NCBI GenBank assembly: GCA_028344335.1 | Contig: JAOMAZ010000002.1 | Coordinates: 380 to 64,379, forward strand | Source: Deltaproteobacteria bacterium | GTDB lineage: Archaea > Thermoplasmatota > Poseidoniia > Poseidoniales > Poseidoniaceae | DNA: 64,000 nt | Direction of reading: 5' to 3' | Shown: positions 1 through 9,184 of the stretch, one piece after another | How the letters are laid out: each line of letters starts with the position of its first letter | Numbering within the stretch: the stretch's first letter is position 1 | Made by a program: the position numbers and the translations under genes | The notes under the pieces: generated by a model | Seen by the model: only the letters and a program-made list of their open reading frames with translations | Databases searched by the model: none | Told to the model about the DNA's origin: nothing

Positions 1-1
1 T

Positions 2-2665
2 GCTACTCAAATTTACAATGTATCAGAATCTAGAGTTGCAGTTCAAAGTGAGCATATTCCAAATCCAGGTGGTACAGAATTATATCCAGTACAATTGAGT
101 TGGAGCGGAGCAGAGTGCCCGGCGGTTGTGAACGAATGTCTTGTTCTTCCTCCAGTATCTGAAAAGAAACCGAAGGGCATGCCATTATCGATGAACTTAT
201 TGGAAAATGCAACAACTTTCACTTTCGCAGATTTGACAAACTTTGACCTTGGGAAAGTCCATATCCAAAACCAGAATTCTGCATGGGGTGTGCAAGTACA
301 GAAGGGAGAGTTAGTCCGATTTAGAACAATGGCCAAGGGCAACCAAGTTGGGGGAGCATACTTACTGGTCACGGACGCAATAGGAAATGAATTGTACAAT
401 TTTACCACAGATGATTACGGCTACACACCTCAATTTACTCTACCTTCAAATTTCCACATCGATACTAATTGGAATCATCTTGCTAATGATCCTGGTGAAG
501 ATTCATGCAATGATGGAATTGATAATGATGGTGATGCAAATATCGATAATGCAGATAGCGATTGTGAAAATGGAAGAGAAAAGTCTATTTATTCTGTTTG
601 GGCATATAAATTTGAAAAGGGTTTAGCTGAGTATTCCTTTGAACTATCTACTGCAGTAGATGATGTATTATCATTGTCCAATTTGGAACCATCATTGACA
701 ATAAATCAACCTGATGGATTTTCATTCAAGAGAATTATTGAAATTTCGGGAACTGCCTGGGATGGTGTTTCAGGACCATATTTCAATGATCTCGATGCAC
801 AATGGTCGCAACAGGGTGTTGTTCGCCAAATTCAAATTAAGCCTCCCGGTGTTTTAGATTGGGATGACGCATATTTTGCCACTGACACCTCAGGTGCATC
901 TGGAGTAGTCAACAAATCTAATCATCCTTTCAGTTCTTGGTCATATGAATGGGATATGAGCAACAATCCAGAAGGTGATTATACATTCGAAATTAGAGCA
1001 TTTGATGGATTAGATTACAGCCCAACTTTCACGAGAATCTACAAACTGAATACAATTGCTCCAACCATTCTCCTTGATTCCCCAGCCAACCATTCCTCAC
1101 ATGATGATGGGAGAGTTATTTTCATTGGAAGAGCAACCGATCCATACACTGGAATTCAAGGTTCAGACATCGATAAGATTTGGTTCAGCATAGTAGGGCC
1201 AGATGGTATTCCTACTAGTACCAGTACACTTGGTGGAACCTCTTGGTCATGGGAATGGGATTTCTCTCCCCTGGTTAGTGGTGAATATGAGATAACAATT
1301 TGGGCCAGTGACTCTGATTTCTGCAAAAATGGACCAGGTGAGTGCTTAGCAAGAACGCTTGTATTGAATGTTGATACCGATAATGATATTCCATATGTAC
1401 AGATTTCAGAACCTTATGACACTCAAACTGTCACGGTCTCAACCACCACGCTGGTCTCTGGAACTTCTAGAGATACCGATGGACAAGTAACAAAGATTGA
1501 ATTCACAGTAACAAATCAAGACGGGCTTGAAGAGCAAAAACATCCGGCTACTATCACCATGGACAATATTCGATCTGATGGTTATTGGGAGACAACTTGG
1601 GATACCTCAGACCTTCTACATGGGCGGCAATATAGCTTAACAGCTCGCTCTTTCGATGGCTACAATTATTCCCCACCTTGGACAGTAACAGTTGAAATTG
1701 ATAATCCTCCTGAATTCGGTAATATTCCTCCAGTATTCAATGCCACAGGTTGGGTTGAAGTGATCAAGGTGTTCTGCGACTCAGGGTCGAATTCAGTTAA
1801 TCAATGTGGGGAATCTAAGACTCTAAATTTGTCTAAACACTTCAGTGATGAAGATCAACCAATGTCAACAGGTGATTTTATCGTTATAGATAACCCAGCA
1901 ATTTCAAGTGATGATCATTATGGTATCGTGATAACGATTACAGCCTCAGGAATTGCAACATTTGACACCATTAAGATGAGGGATTACAGCGATGATATTT
2001 CCGAATGGTCACTCAAAGGAGTACAGTTCCAATATATTGATGCCTCTGGTTCAAAGGCTACTTCATTATTAGTGGATTTCCATGTTGAATCTTCTAGTTT
2101 CACTTATCAAATGGAGGGAGATGGCGAAATTGCTGAAGATGGGACCCTTAAATTTTCAGGTGAAGGCAGGCCAGGTGCAAAGGTTACCGCCAGAATAAAG
2201 GATGGTGAGAGATCAATTGGAGAGACAACTGTTGGAGAAAATGGTCTTTGGGCTATGGAAATAAGTGGTAAAGAACTGAATGGAGTTGGTTCACACTCAA
2301 TCGTCTTTGAATACTCTGGAGTCTTGACAGAACCCGTTGCAATTCAAGTAGGAGAACTAGATGAAGGAATTGCAACTTGGGTGATAGTAGTTGGAATTTT
2401 GATTGCTGTCGTAATTCTTGGAGTAATGTTTGTTTTCTTCTTTGTTGAGTTTGAAGAATTCGGTGATGAAGATATGGACCAAGATACCACTTCTAAGGAG
2501 GACGACCCATATGCATGGGCAAAACAGGCACAAACAGAAGTTGCAACCCCTGTTGCAACACCTCAACCTACACCAGCACCTCAGCCAGTAGATTCTTCCC
2601 AATATCCAGGATGGATGTGGGATGCAGCCAATAATAAGTGGGTTCCTGACCCAAATCACCCTTAG
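2..2665 (+). CDS. Large secreted, C-terminally membrane-anchored surface protein; 5' end truncated by the window edge
   Basis: The frame is open from base 2; the listed start at 95 is an internal TTG. It has a Cys/Asp-rich motif (CNDGIDNDGDANIDNADSDCENG) and repeated Ig-like segments (e.g. SGTSRDTDGQVTKIEFTV). A hydrophobic TM (WVIVVGILIAVVILGVMFVFFFV) is followed by an acidic, Pro-rich tail ending YPGWMWDAANNKWVPDPNHP. Confidence 0.8.
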   Translation, partial: ATQIYNVSESRVAVQSEHIPNPGGTELYPVQLSWSGAECPAVVNECLVLPPVSEKKPKGMPLSMNLLENATTFTFADLTNFDLGKVHIQNQNSAWGVQVQKGELVRFRTMAKGNQVGGAYLLVTDAIGNELYNFTTDDYGYTPQFTLPSNFHIDTNWNHLANDPGEDSCNDGIDNDGDANIDNADSDCENGREKSIYSVWAYKFEKGLAEYSFELSTAVDDVLSLSNLEPSLTINQPDGFSFKRIIEISGTAWDGVSGPYFNDLDAQWSQQGVVRQIQIKPPGVLDWDDAYFATDTSGASGVVNKSNHPFSSWSYEWDMSNNPEGDYTFEIRAFDGLDYSPTFTRIYKLNTIAPTILLDSPANHSSHDDGRVIFIGRATDPYTGIQGSDIDKIWFSIVGPDGIPTSTSTLGGTSWSWEWDFSPLVSGEYEITIWASDSDFCKNGPGECLARTLVLNVDTDNDIPYVQISEPYDTQTVTVSTTTLVSGTSRDTDGQVTKIEFTVTNQDGLEEQKHPATITMDNIRSDGYWETTWDTSDLLHGRQYSLTARSFDGYNYSPPWTVTVEIDNPPEFGNIPPVFNATGWVEVIKVFCDSGSNSVNQCGESKTLNLSKHFSDEDQPMSTGDFIVIDNPAISSDDHYGIVITITASGIATFDTIKMRDYSDDISEWSLKGVQFQYIDASGSKATSLLVDFHVESSSFTYQMEGDGEIAEDGTLKFSGEGRPGAKVTARIKDGERSIGETTVGENGLWAMEISGKELNGVGSHSIVFEYSGVLTEPVAIQVGELDEGIATWVIVVGILIAVVILGVMFVFFFVEFEEFGDEDMDQDTTSKEDDPYAWAKQAQTEVATPVATPQPTPAPQPVDSSQYPGWMWDAANNKWVPDPNHP

Positions 2666-2722
2666 TGATGCAGGATATCTAACTCGTAATATAGGTATAG
2701 GGGCACAGGACGGTAGGTAAGC

Positions 2723-5263
2723 ATGGCAATACCAAAACCGGGAGTCCAAGAGAGGATTCTACTTCATTTGCGAGATTATTCTGACTTTTCAGATGCTGTT
2801 GAAGTGCCTTTTTCATTATCACAAATGGGAATTGCAAATGCAGTTGCAATAGCTCGTTCAAATGTGCCTAGAGCTATTGCTGGATTGAAGGATCAGGGAT
2901 TATTAATTGAGCGCCAAGCGCATGTAACTGGAGTTAGTCGAAAACGTAAAGCCTACTTTTTAACAAAGCCTGGAATTGCTTTGGCTGAAGACACTTGGAA
3001 GCGGTTGAGGTCCTTTCCTCTGCGATGTATTATTCACGGTGGCGAAATTATTTCCACTTCACTAGGAGAAATCCAGAATACTCTACCTTTTTCAATGCGT
3101 CCAGTAGATGTTATCAGATATCTTGATGACAATGGAATAATTGATATTCGAAGTCTTTCAGAAGATTTGATTGAGCGCGACCTCTCTAAACACGTGGAAA
3201 AGCAATTAGTGACTTCACTCGGTGACTTGCCTCGTTTGAGGCATTTTTATGGTCGTCAAGTTGAATTGGGAATGATGGCCGATTTACTTGAAGCAAGGGA
3301 TGACCCTTCGTTGGCTGTACGTACAATCCATGTTGCAGGAATTGCTGGAATCGGTAAGACAACTGTTGCTTCAAAGTTGATTGAGCGCTTTATGCACCGC
3401 AGAAACCTTCTCTACCATCGTTGCCAAGATTGGGAAGGAGCACGAGGTTTTCTCGATGCAGTCGCTGATTGGTTAGCAAGTATTGGGGATGGTGTGTTGA
3501 CAGATTATCTGACTTCAACACCGCATCCTCGACCAGATGATGCGGCTAAAATCCTAGCAGATGCCTTGGCCATAGCGCCATCACTAATTGTCATCGATGA
3601 TTATCATAAAGTCAGCGACAAAATACTTCACCAAACTATCAAGGCTTTTGCATTGAGGATTCCTAAAATTGATCAAGATATTGGCCTTGTTATTTTCTCA
3701 CGCTCACATCGAGTTGCAATTCCAACCAAAGATGCAGAGGGGAACATCATCAGTATGCCAATGGTCTTAACGGGGTTAGATGTTGAGGCATCGAAACATT
3801 TGCTCCCTGCTTTTGAAGATTTACAAAAAGAGCAATTCATGTTTATTCACTCAATGGCAAGAGGTCACCCATTAGTACTTGAATTGATTAACAGAGGAGC
3901 GCCTGCCACAGCATTTCACGAAACTTTGGAGAATTACATAGCGGTTGAAATCTTCAGTAAACTATCCGCTGAGCAAAAGCGTCTGCTTGGAGCATTAGCG
4001 ATTTACAGAGAAGCAATGCCCTTAGCAGCATTAGCAGCACAAGGTTTGGATACTAATGAACTTGATTCATTGGTTGAGCAGGGCCTTGCAAGACAAGCCG
4101 ATGCTGATTCATATGACGTTCACGATTTGATTCGTGAATTCCTCCATTCCGGAATGGATGAAGAAACCGCTGAATCTCTCCACAAGTATGCTGCTGATTG
4201 GTATTCTAATAAATCATCATCTGCAGAATCAATAATTGAATTTCTTCATCATTTAATAAAATGCAATCAATCTGAGAGGGCTGCAGATGTGGTGTCACAA
4301 CATGGTGAAAACTTGGTGCGTGACGGTAGAATGGAACTATTGGTTATTCTCGAGGCAATAGACTTACAATCTGTGGCCAAGATACATGCTTGTAAGGTTC
4401 GTATTCTTCAGGCTGATATTTTGACTTTACAAGGTAGGTTTGACGAGGGGCAATCGCTCTATGAGGAGGCATTAAAGCATTCAAAAAGCCTCAAGGATGT
4501 TGCAATGGAGGCCTCGGTCTTGGCTAGCCTAGCAGATATTTCGTTGAAGAGAGGTGATTCTGAAAATGCACTCGACTTACATCGTCAAGCATTGAAAATA
4601 TTTGTCTCTATTGAAGATGGAGTTGGAGCTGCTAGAACTTACAATAATATGGGATTCATCTTCCGTAGAAAAGGAGATATTAGTTCAGCCAAAGAAGCAT
4701 ATTCCAATGTCGAAGAGATTCTCTTAACAGAAGACAATACCGAATTGATTCACTCTCGTATTCTCCTTGCGCGTTCATGGTTAGAGATGGGTGAAGTGGA
4801 AAAGGCAAGAGACCACGCATTGAAATGCCATGAAGAGACTGTTTCCCAACCAGACAAAGCCCTGCATGCGAAGGCACGTGCTGTGCTAGGTAGATTTTAT
4901 GCAAAGACGGGTGATTCCGAATTAGCCCTTCATCACTATTCTGAAGCCTTAGAACAGATGGGGGATGATGGTGACCCGATCACCTTGGTAGATACTATTC
5001 TATTATTGGGTGAAGTACTTGAAGATTCAGAGAGAATGGAGGAAGCCCTTAACATTTATCGAGAGGGTTTGCTCATTGCAGAAGGAAATGACCTGCGCAT
5101 GCAAATTGGAGAACTACTTGCTAGACTCGGCGGTGCTGCACCAGATATGACTAGAAGAATGGAATATCTACAAAGAGCCCTCACTGTGTTCAGGGAATTA
5201 GGAGCAGAAGGCCGGATGAGAGAAATTCAAAACATGGTCCATCAGGCAATTATCGGAAGATAA
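2723..5263 (+). CDS. Signal-transducing (STAND/Arch_ATPase-like) P-loop NTPase with N-terminal winged-helix DNA-binding domain and C-terminal TPR array
   Basis: The N-terminal MarR-like wHTH reads SLSQMGIANAVAIARSNVPRAIAGLKDQGLLIERQ. FYGRQVELGMM precedes Walker A GIAGIGKTT (about 3338-3364), and Walker B is LIVIDDYH (about 3584-3607). The C-terminal roughly 350 aa have TPR-like periodicity (e.g. AARTYNNMGFIFRRKGDISSAKEAY). Confidence 0.8.
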   Translation: MAIPKPGVQERILLHLRDYSDFSDAVEVPFSLSQMGIANAVAIARSNVPRAIAGLKDQGLLIERQAHVTGVSRKRKAYFLTKPGIALAEDTWKRLRSFPLRCIIHGGEIISTSLGEIQNTLPFSMRPVDVIRYLDDNGIIDIRSLSEDLIERDLSKHVEKQLVTSLGDLPRLRHFYGRQVELGMMADLLEARDDPSLAVRTIHVAGIAGIGKTTVASKLIERFMHRRNLLYHRCQDWEGARGFLDAVADWLASIGDGVLTDYLTSTPHPRPDDAAKILADALAIAPSLIVIDDYHKVSDKILHQTIKAFALRIPKIDQDIGLVIFSRSHRVAIPTKDAEGNIISMPMVLTGLDVEASKHLLPAFEDLQKEQFMFIHSMARGHPLVLELINRGAPATAFHETLENYIAVEIFSKLSAEQKRLLGALAIYREAMPLAALAAQGLDTNELDSLVEQGLARQADADSYDVHDLIREFLHSGMDEETAESLHKYAADWYSNKSSSAESIIEFLHHLIKCNQSERAADVVSQHGENLVRDGRMELLVILEAIDLQSVAKIHACKVRILQADILTLQGRFDEGQSLYEEALKHSKSLKDVAMEASVLASLADISLKRGDSENALDLHRQALKIFVSIEDGVGAARTYNNMGFIFRRKGDISSAKEAYSNVEEILLTEDNTELIHSRILLARSWLEMGEVEKARDHALKCHEETVSQPDKALHAKARAVLGRFYAKTGDSELALHHYSEALEQMGDDGDPITLVDTILLLGEVLEDSERMEEALNIYREGLLIAEGNDLRMQIGELLARLGGAAPDMTRRMEYLQRALTVFRELGAEGRMREIQNMVHQAIIGR

Positions 5264-5277
5264 ATTCCATCATCATG

Positions 5278-5757
5278 TTATTTAGAACGGGGTGCGATAT
5301 GGGAAATTATTACTTCACCGTCATCATAAATAACCCACACCTTCAGAGATTTTCCTAGATTTACTTCTCCAGAATGAGCCGCAGATGATGCACCTGAGAT
5401 AGAGACTGCATCCGTGTAAATTCCTCTGTCATCAATCAAAGCAAGTTCGGAGTCATCTAAGATGAGAGTTAGTGCACTCACATCACTGTGAATTGCTCTT
5501 AGTAAAACCGGCTCTGCATAAAACGAATTTGGATCCAACCTACTGGCTGCATCGGCTCTTTCAACTGCGGCAGCTACTTCCCTAAGGTTATCTTCTAATG
5601 CCTGTTCATTCCATCTAGTGCGGGTGGAATTTTCGATATCCCAAGCCCAAACACTGAACATACTAAGCAAAAGAACCCCGAGTAAAAAGGTGAATACATA
5701 ACCCAATTCAGTTGCAGCAGCAGATTGATCTTGTTTCATTTCACCCTTCACCATCAC
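5278..5757 (-). CDS. Pilin-like protein with class III (type IV pilin-like) signal peptide, TadE/Flp-like N-terminus
   Basis: The N-terminus is MMVKGEMKQDQSAAATELGYVFTFLLGVLLLSMFSVWAW: a short polar leader, a Glu, then about 20 hydrophobic residues. It is the last gene of a three-gene minus-strand operon. Confidence 0.6.
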   Translation of the reverse strand: MMVKGEMKQDQSAAATELGYVFTFLLGVLLLSMFSVWAWDIENSTRTRWNEQALEDNLREVAAAVERADAASRLDPNSFYAEPVLLRAIHSDVSALTLILDDSELALIDDRGIYTDAVSISGASSAAHSGEVNLGKSLKVWVIYDDGEVIISHIAPRSK

Positions 5758-5769
5758 ACCCCCCTTTAT

Positions 5770-8004
5770 TCATATTCCTTGCATTGTACATGAGACCAAG
5801 GATAATTGTAGACTGAACTGAATACTTTCACCTTGAGTATGGTAAATTGTTTCAGAACTATCCATCGAAGGATGTGGAACCCATCCCTTGTAGTCGTTCA
5901 ATAAATCTAGACGCATTGGTGCGGAAGTCCAATCTTCGGAACTTCTCAAATCTCTTGATACTGCTGATGCTAAAGTGCTCCCATATGGGCCATCCCACCC
6001 TCTCCTCACTTCGTGTGCTTCTGCACTGGTCAAGGATAGTCTCTGTTCTAGGAATAAGCCAACCGAAAATTCCCCAGAACCAACATGGCTTTCAGAAGTG
6101 GGAGTAAGAAGTGGAATGGATATTGCAAATCGTGGACCAGGTCCATTTCGGTCTAATGGCGATTTAATCACAGTTGGTTCAACTTCAGGATGATTTGTGA
6201 CTACTGCACCGGCTCTCATCGCAACTTCTAATCCCTTGATAGAACTTGAAAAAGAGTATACTAATCTTGGAGCATGTATCGCCCATGCAGTTGAGAGAGT
6301 AGTAGTTTTTTCATCCATCCAAGGCCCAATTAATTCGACTTTTATAGAGGAAGGGTGACTTCCATCTTGCCAAGCAGTCTTGGCTTCAAGGTCTGTAGAA
6401 TACGATAATGCCTGCCATGGTAATTCCACATTAATCCAGCCACTGGCACGTATACCAATTTTTCTGCAACGCTCTTTTCCATCATGTTGAATTGAAAGTA
6501 TTCCATCTTCACCACTTTCATGATATAAGCGCAAACCATCATATGTGTCATCTGCATTAATTCTCATTTGACCTTGACCTAGGATCACCGTTGTGATTGC
6601 TTGGCTATGCTGACTTAAGGTTGTAATATTGCTAATTACTGTGGTCCAATTGCTCATGGTACCAGTAACTTGAGGATGATATCGAGCTCCGTTCTCGGGA
6701 CTAATATCGAATAGTGAATGACCGCTGCTTCTACTACTATCGGTGGCTACTACCATGTCCAATCCAGTTGCATTAGAAGAGTTTCTTTGGGCAAATGTCC
6801 AACGCAAACTAACTGGGTCATCGGCGATTAATTGAGGTGAAACTGTCCCTTGGGGTGGCCATTGAACTGCGAGAGTTGATTCAGGACTAATTGAGGCAGC
6901 CCCATTCCCCCATCTGACGGTGGCGGAAGTGTTTTGCTGATTTGTTATCAACAATGTGCCACTGTTTCCTGGTGGTTGGAAAGTATTCGCATATAAATTT
7001 CCAAATATACTTGGCCAAGATGCGAAACCTATGGCTGTACTCTTTGCTGCATCTTCATTATGTGCTAATATCATTCTTGCATCAGCACTACTTTGGACAT
7101 TGGCTATTAGGTCTTCACTATTATTGAATGTCATAGTCCAAGTGGCCCCTTCTTCCATGAAAGAATCTCTTTCTAAGACAATTTCACTTCCGACATTGTC
7201 TTCAATATCCCAATTTACACTGAAGGTTTTTTGAGAAACTAAAGTCAGGGTATTATTTCCCGCTGGGATGGCTACTCTCCAAGCCCGCCCTTCACCCGAA
7301 TATGGATTAATTGCTTGGGCGGGAATGAGGCTGGTGCCACCTTCACCCTTGAGCAATAGCACTTGGGCAGGTGCATCTAGGTGTAGCCAAGATTCATCAT
7401 TTCCACTGAGTGAAATACTCCAAGTTTCATCATCAGCAATTTCGGCATTGGTTTGAATCCCATCTTGTTCCATCATTATAGACAATGGGCCTTGGCTCTG
7501 TGCAAGTCCTGAATCAGGAGAGACCAGCAACCTTCCTTCCACAGCAGGGATTCTAAAGTGACTTAGAATACCACTTCCAAGCCTTAAATCTTCAAAGCAA
7601 ACAGCCGAAACTTCACCGCTAGGGTATCTAATTTGTAAATCTCGGTCAAAGTCAAGGGCATCGGCCAATCGCAGGGATGATGAATCTTGCCAAGCAGCGG
7701 AAATCCATACTCCACCTTGCTGGTTTTGCCACTTAAATCTACCTTCAACACCTTTCAAAACACTGGTACTTGAATCACCAGGCATCCCATTGCTGGATAA
7801 TTGGTCTATTTCATTAGACATGTCGAGCATTTGGGTAACCATGTTGCCCCTTTCAACAGCCCCTTCTAATTCTTCAATTACTGGAATCATCGTCATCATC
7901 ATCACTCCAATGATTGACAATACCCCCGCGAAGAGTAATACGGTTCCAATCGCAGCACTAACTGCCTCTTCATCCCTAATTGGGATTGCCGCTGCAGACT
8001 TCAT
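5770..8004 (-). CDS. Large (744 aa) protein with archaeal type IV pilin-like N-terminal domain
   Basis: The N-terminus MKSAAAIPIRDEEAVSAAIGTVLLFAGVLSIIGVMMM resembles the archaeal pilin N-terminal (DUF1628-like) pattern [DE]xA-VS-x-x-IG plus a hydrophobic helix. Its start overlaps the upstream stop by 4 nt (8001-8004). Confidence 0.65.
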   Translation of the reverse strand: MKSAAAIPIRDEEAVSAAIGTVLLFAGVLSIIGVMMMTMIPVIEELEGAVERGNMVTQMLDMSNEIDQLSSNGMPGDSSTSVLKGVEGRFKWQNQQGGVWISAAWQDSSSLRLADALDFDRDLQIRYPSGEVSAVCFEDLRLGSGILSHFRIPAVEGRLLVSPDSGLAQSQGPLSIMMEQDGIQTNAEIADDETWSISLSGNDESWLHLDAPAQVLLLKGEGGTSLIPAQAINPYSGEGRAWRVAIPAGNNTLTLVSQKTFSVNWDIEDNVGSEIVLERDSFMEEGATWTMTFNNSEDLIANVQSSADARMILAHNEDAAKSTAIGFASWPSIFGNLYANTFQPPGNSGTLLITNQQNTSATVRWGNGAASISPESTLAVQWPPQGTVSPQLIADDPVSLRWTFAQRNSSNATGLDMVVATDSSRSSGHSLFDISPENGARYHPQVTGTMSNWTTVISNITTLSQHSQAITTVILGQGQMRINADDTYDGLRLYHESGEDGILSIQHDGKERCRKIGIRASGWINVELPWQALSYSTDLEAKTAWQDGSHPSSIKVELIGPWMDEKTTTLSTAWAIHAPRLVYSFSSSIKGLEVAMRAGAVVTNHPEVEPTVIKSPLDRNGPGPRFAISIPLLTPTSESHVGSGEFSVGLFLEQRLSLTSAEAHEVRRGWDGPYGSTLASAVSRDLRSSEDWTSAPMRLDLLNDYKGWVPHPSMDSSETIYHTQGESIQFSLQLSLVSCTMQGI

Positions 8005-9017
8005 CCTCCTACCACCACCCGTTGCACACCTACTTCCAAGATGAAATTGGCAGAGGGAATTATAGTCAGACCATCACTTCCGGATTTTCTCCCATATGGT
8101 GCAAATCCGCTATATTCATCCAGTGTATTGGTTGCCAAATGTATTTCATATCCCTGCGTCCAATGATGGATGTATTGAGGGTCAATAATATCGTGCATTT
8201 GATTAGTCATTTCGAACCTAAAGTTCCATACATTACCATCAAATAACTCAATCGCACCAAGGGATTCTAATTCCATTACAGGATTAGCACCATTTGGAAG
8301 GCTTTCTCTAAAGTCAAGGTCTGTAAGCATCATTGAAACTCTTGGCGTACCATCAGGCAATTCATCGAAGCGAATAGTTGGATACTCATTAATTGACCAA
8401 GGCCGTCCTGGTTGGCGTTCAATACTTGCACCATTGATCAGGACCAATTCAAGTGAACCGGTATTCATTTCGGTTTTAATCTCCAATCCTGAAAGAGTTA
8501 GGATTGCTAAGCGATGTAGGATATTTCCTTCTGAATCTTTAACATCGAAAATGGAAATATCTGATAAGGATTGGGAGATTTGGAATTCTTGTTGTTCAGA
8601 AGTTTCTTGCAGTGTCCAAGTTGTTGTGTCCTCTCCTGAATTAAGGATCAATTCGCTACAAGATGAATTCTGGCAATCCAATACTATTTTTCCTTGTGAA
8701 TAAGAGATTTGAACTCTTTCAGATTCAACAAGGTCTGCTTCAATCGTCCACAGTTCTACATCTTGAAGCATGAGCAAATTTATGGCCCTCATTTCAAGAC
8801 TATTTCTTGAACCAGTGTCTTCAGGTGCAGCCCCTATAACATCTATTCTATCAGAAACTTGTTCAGCCAAAACATGACTTGCAGCCCAATCCCTTTGGTC
8901 CTCGAAGTCGGACAGATAAGGCTCTATTAGAACTACTACTCCCGACATTACTGAGATTAGCATAGCGAGTAGCATAACTACACCAACGATTTCACTGACT
9001 GCTGCTTCGTCAGGCAT
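8001..9017 (-). CDS. Protein with archaeal type IV pilin-like N-terminal domain
   Basis: From the ATG at 9017 the N-terminus reads MPDEAAVSEIVGVVMLLAMLISVMSGVVVL, the same pattern as the next gene. The ORF track's GTG at 9065 is an alternative start. Confidence 0.65.
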   Translation of the reverse strand: MPDEAAVSEIVGVVMLLAMLISVMSGVVVLIEPYLSDFEDQRDWAASHVLAEQVSDRIDVIGAAPEDTGSRNSLEMRAINLLMLQDVELWTIEADLVESERVQISYSQGKIVLDCQNSSCSELILNSGEDTTTWTLQETSEQQEFQISQSLSDISIFDVKDSEGNILHRLAILTLSGLEIKTEMNTGSLELVLINGASIERQPGRPWSINEYPTIRFDELPDGTPRVSMMLTDLDFRESLPNGANPVMELESLGAIELFDGNVWNFRFEMTNQMHDIIDPQYIHHWTQGYEIHLATNTLDEYSGFAPYGRKSGSDGLTIIPSANFILEVGVQRVVVGG

Positions 9018-9184
9018 ATTTCGCGGTCTTGGAAACCGCTCCTCTCGTGCGTCTAGGCTATGCACGCCGCGGCATAGCCGCGGCTCCGTACATATCAGTT
9101 CGCCTAAAGAAGGTGATTTATGCTTGGAAATCCCTGCTCAGTGAGGTGACGGAGTGGTTTCTCCTTGATGCTGCTTTTGGTATC

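Noticed and set aside
2723-5263. The STAND-TPR ATPase was considered as a confident Avs-type antiviral defence gene.
   Set aside because: The only recognisable N-terminal module is a winged-helix DNA-binding domain, not a nuclease, protease or other effector. No other defence genes are nearby. It is reported as a regulator candidate, with the immune role as a minority hypothesis.
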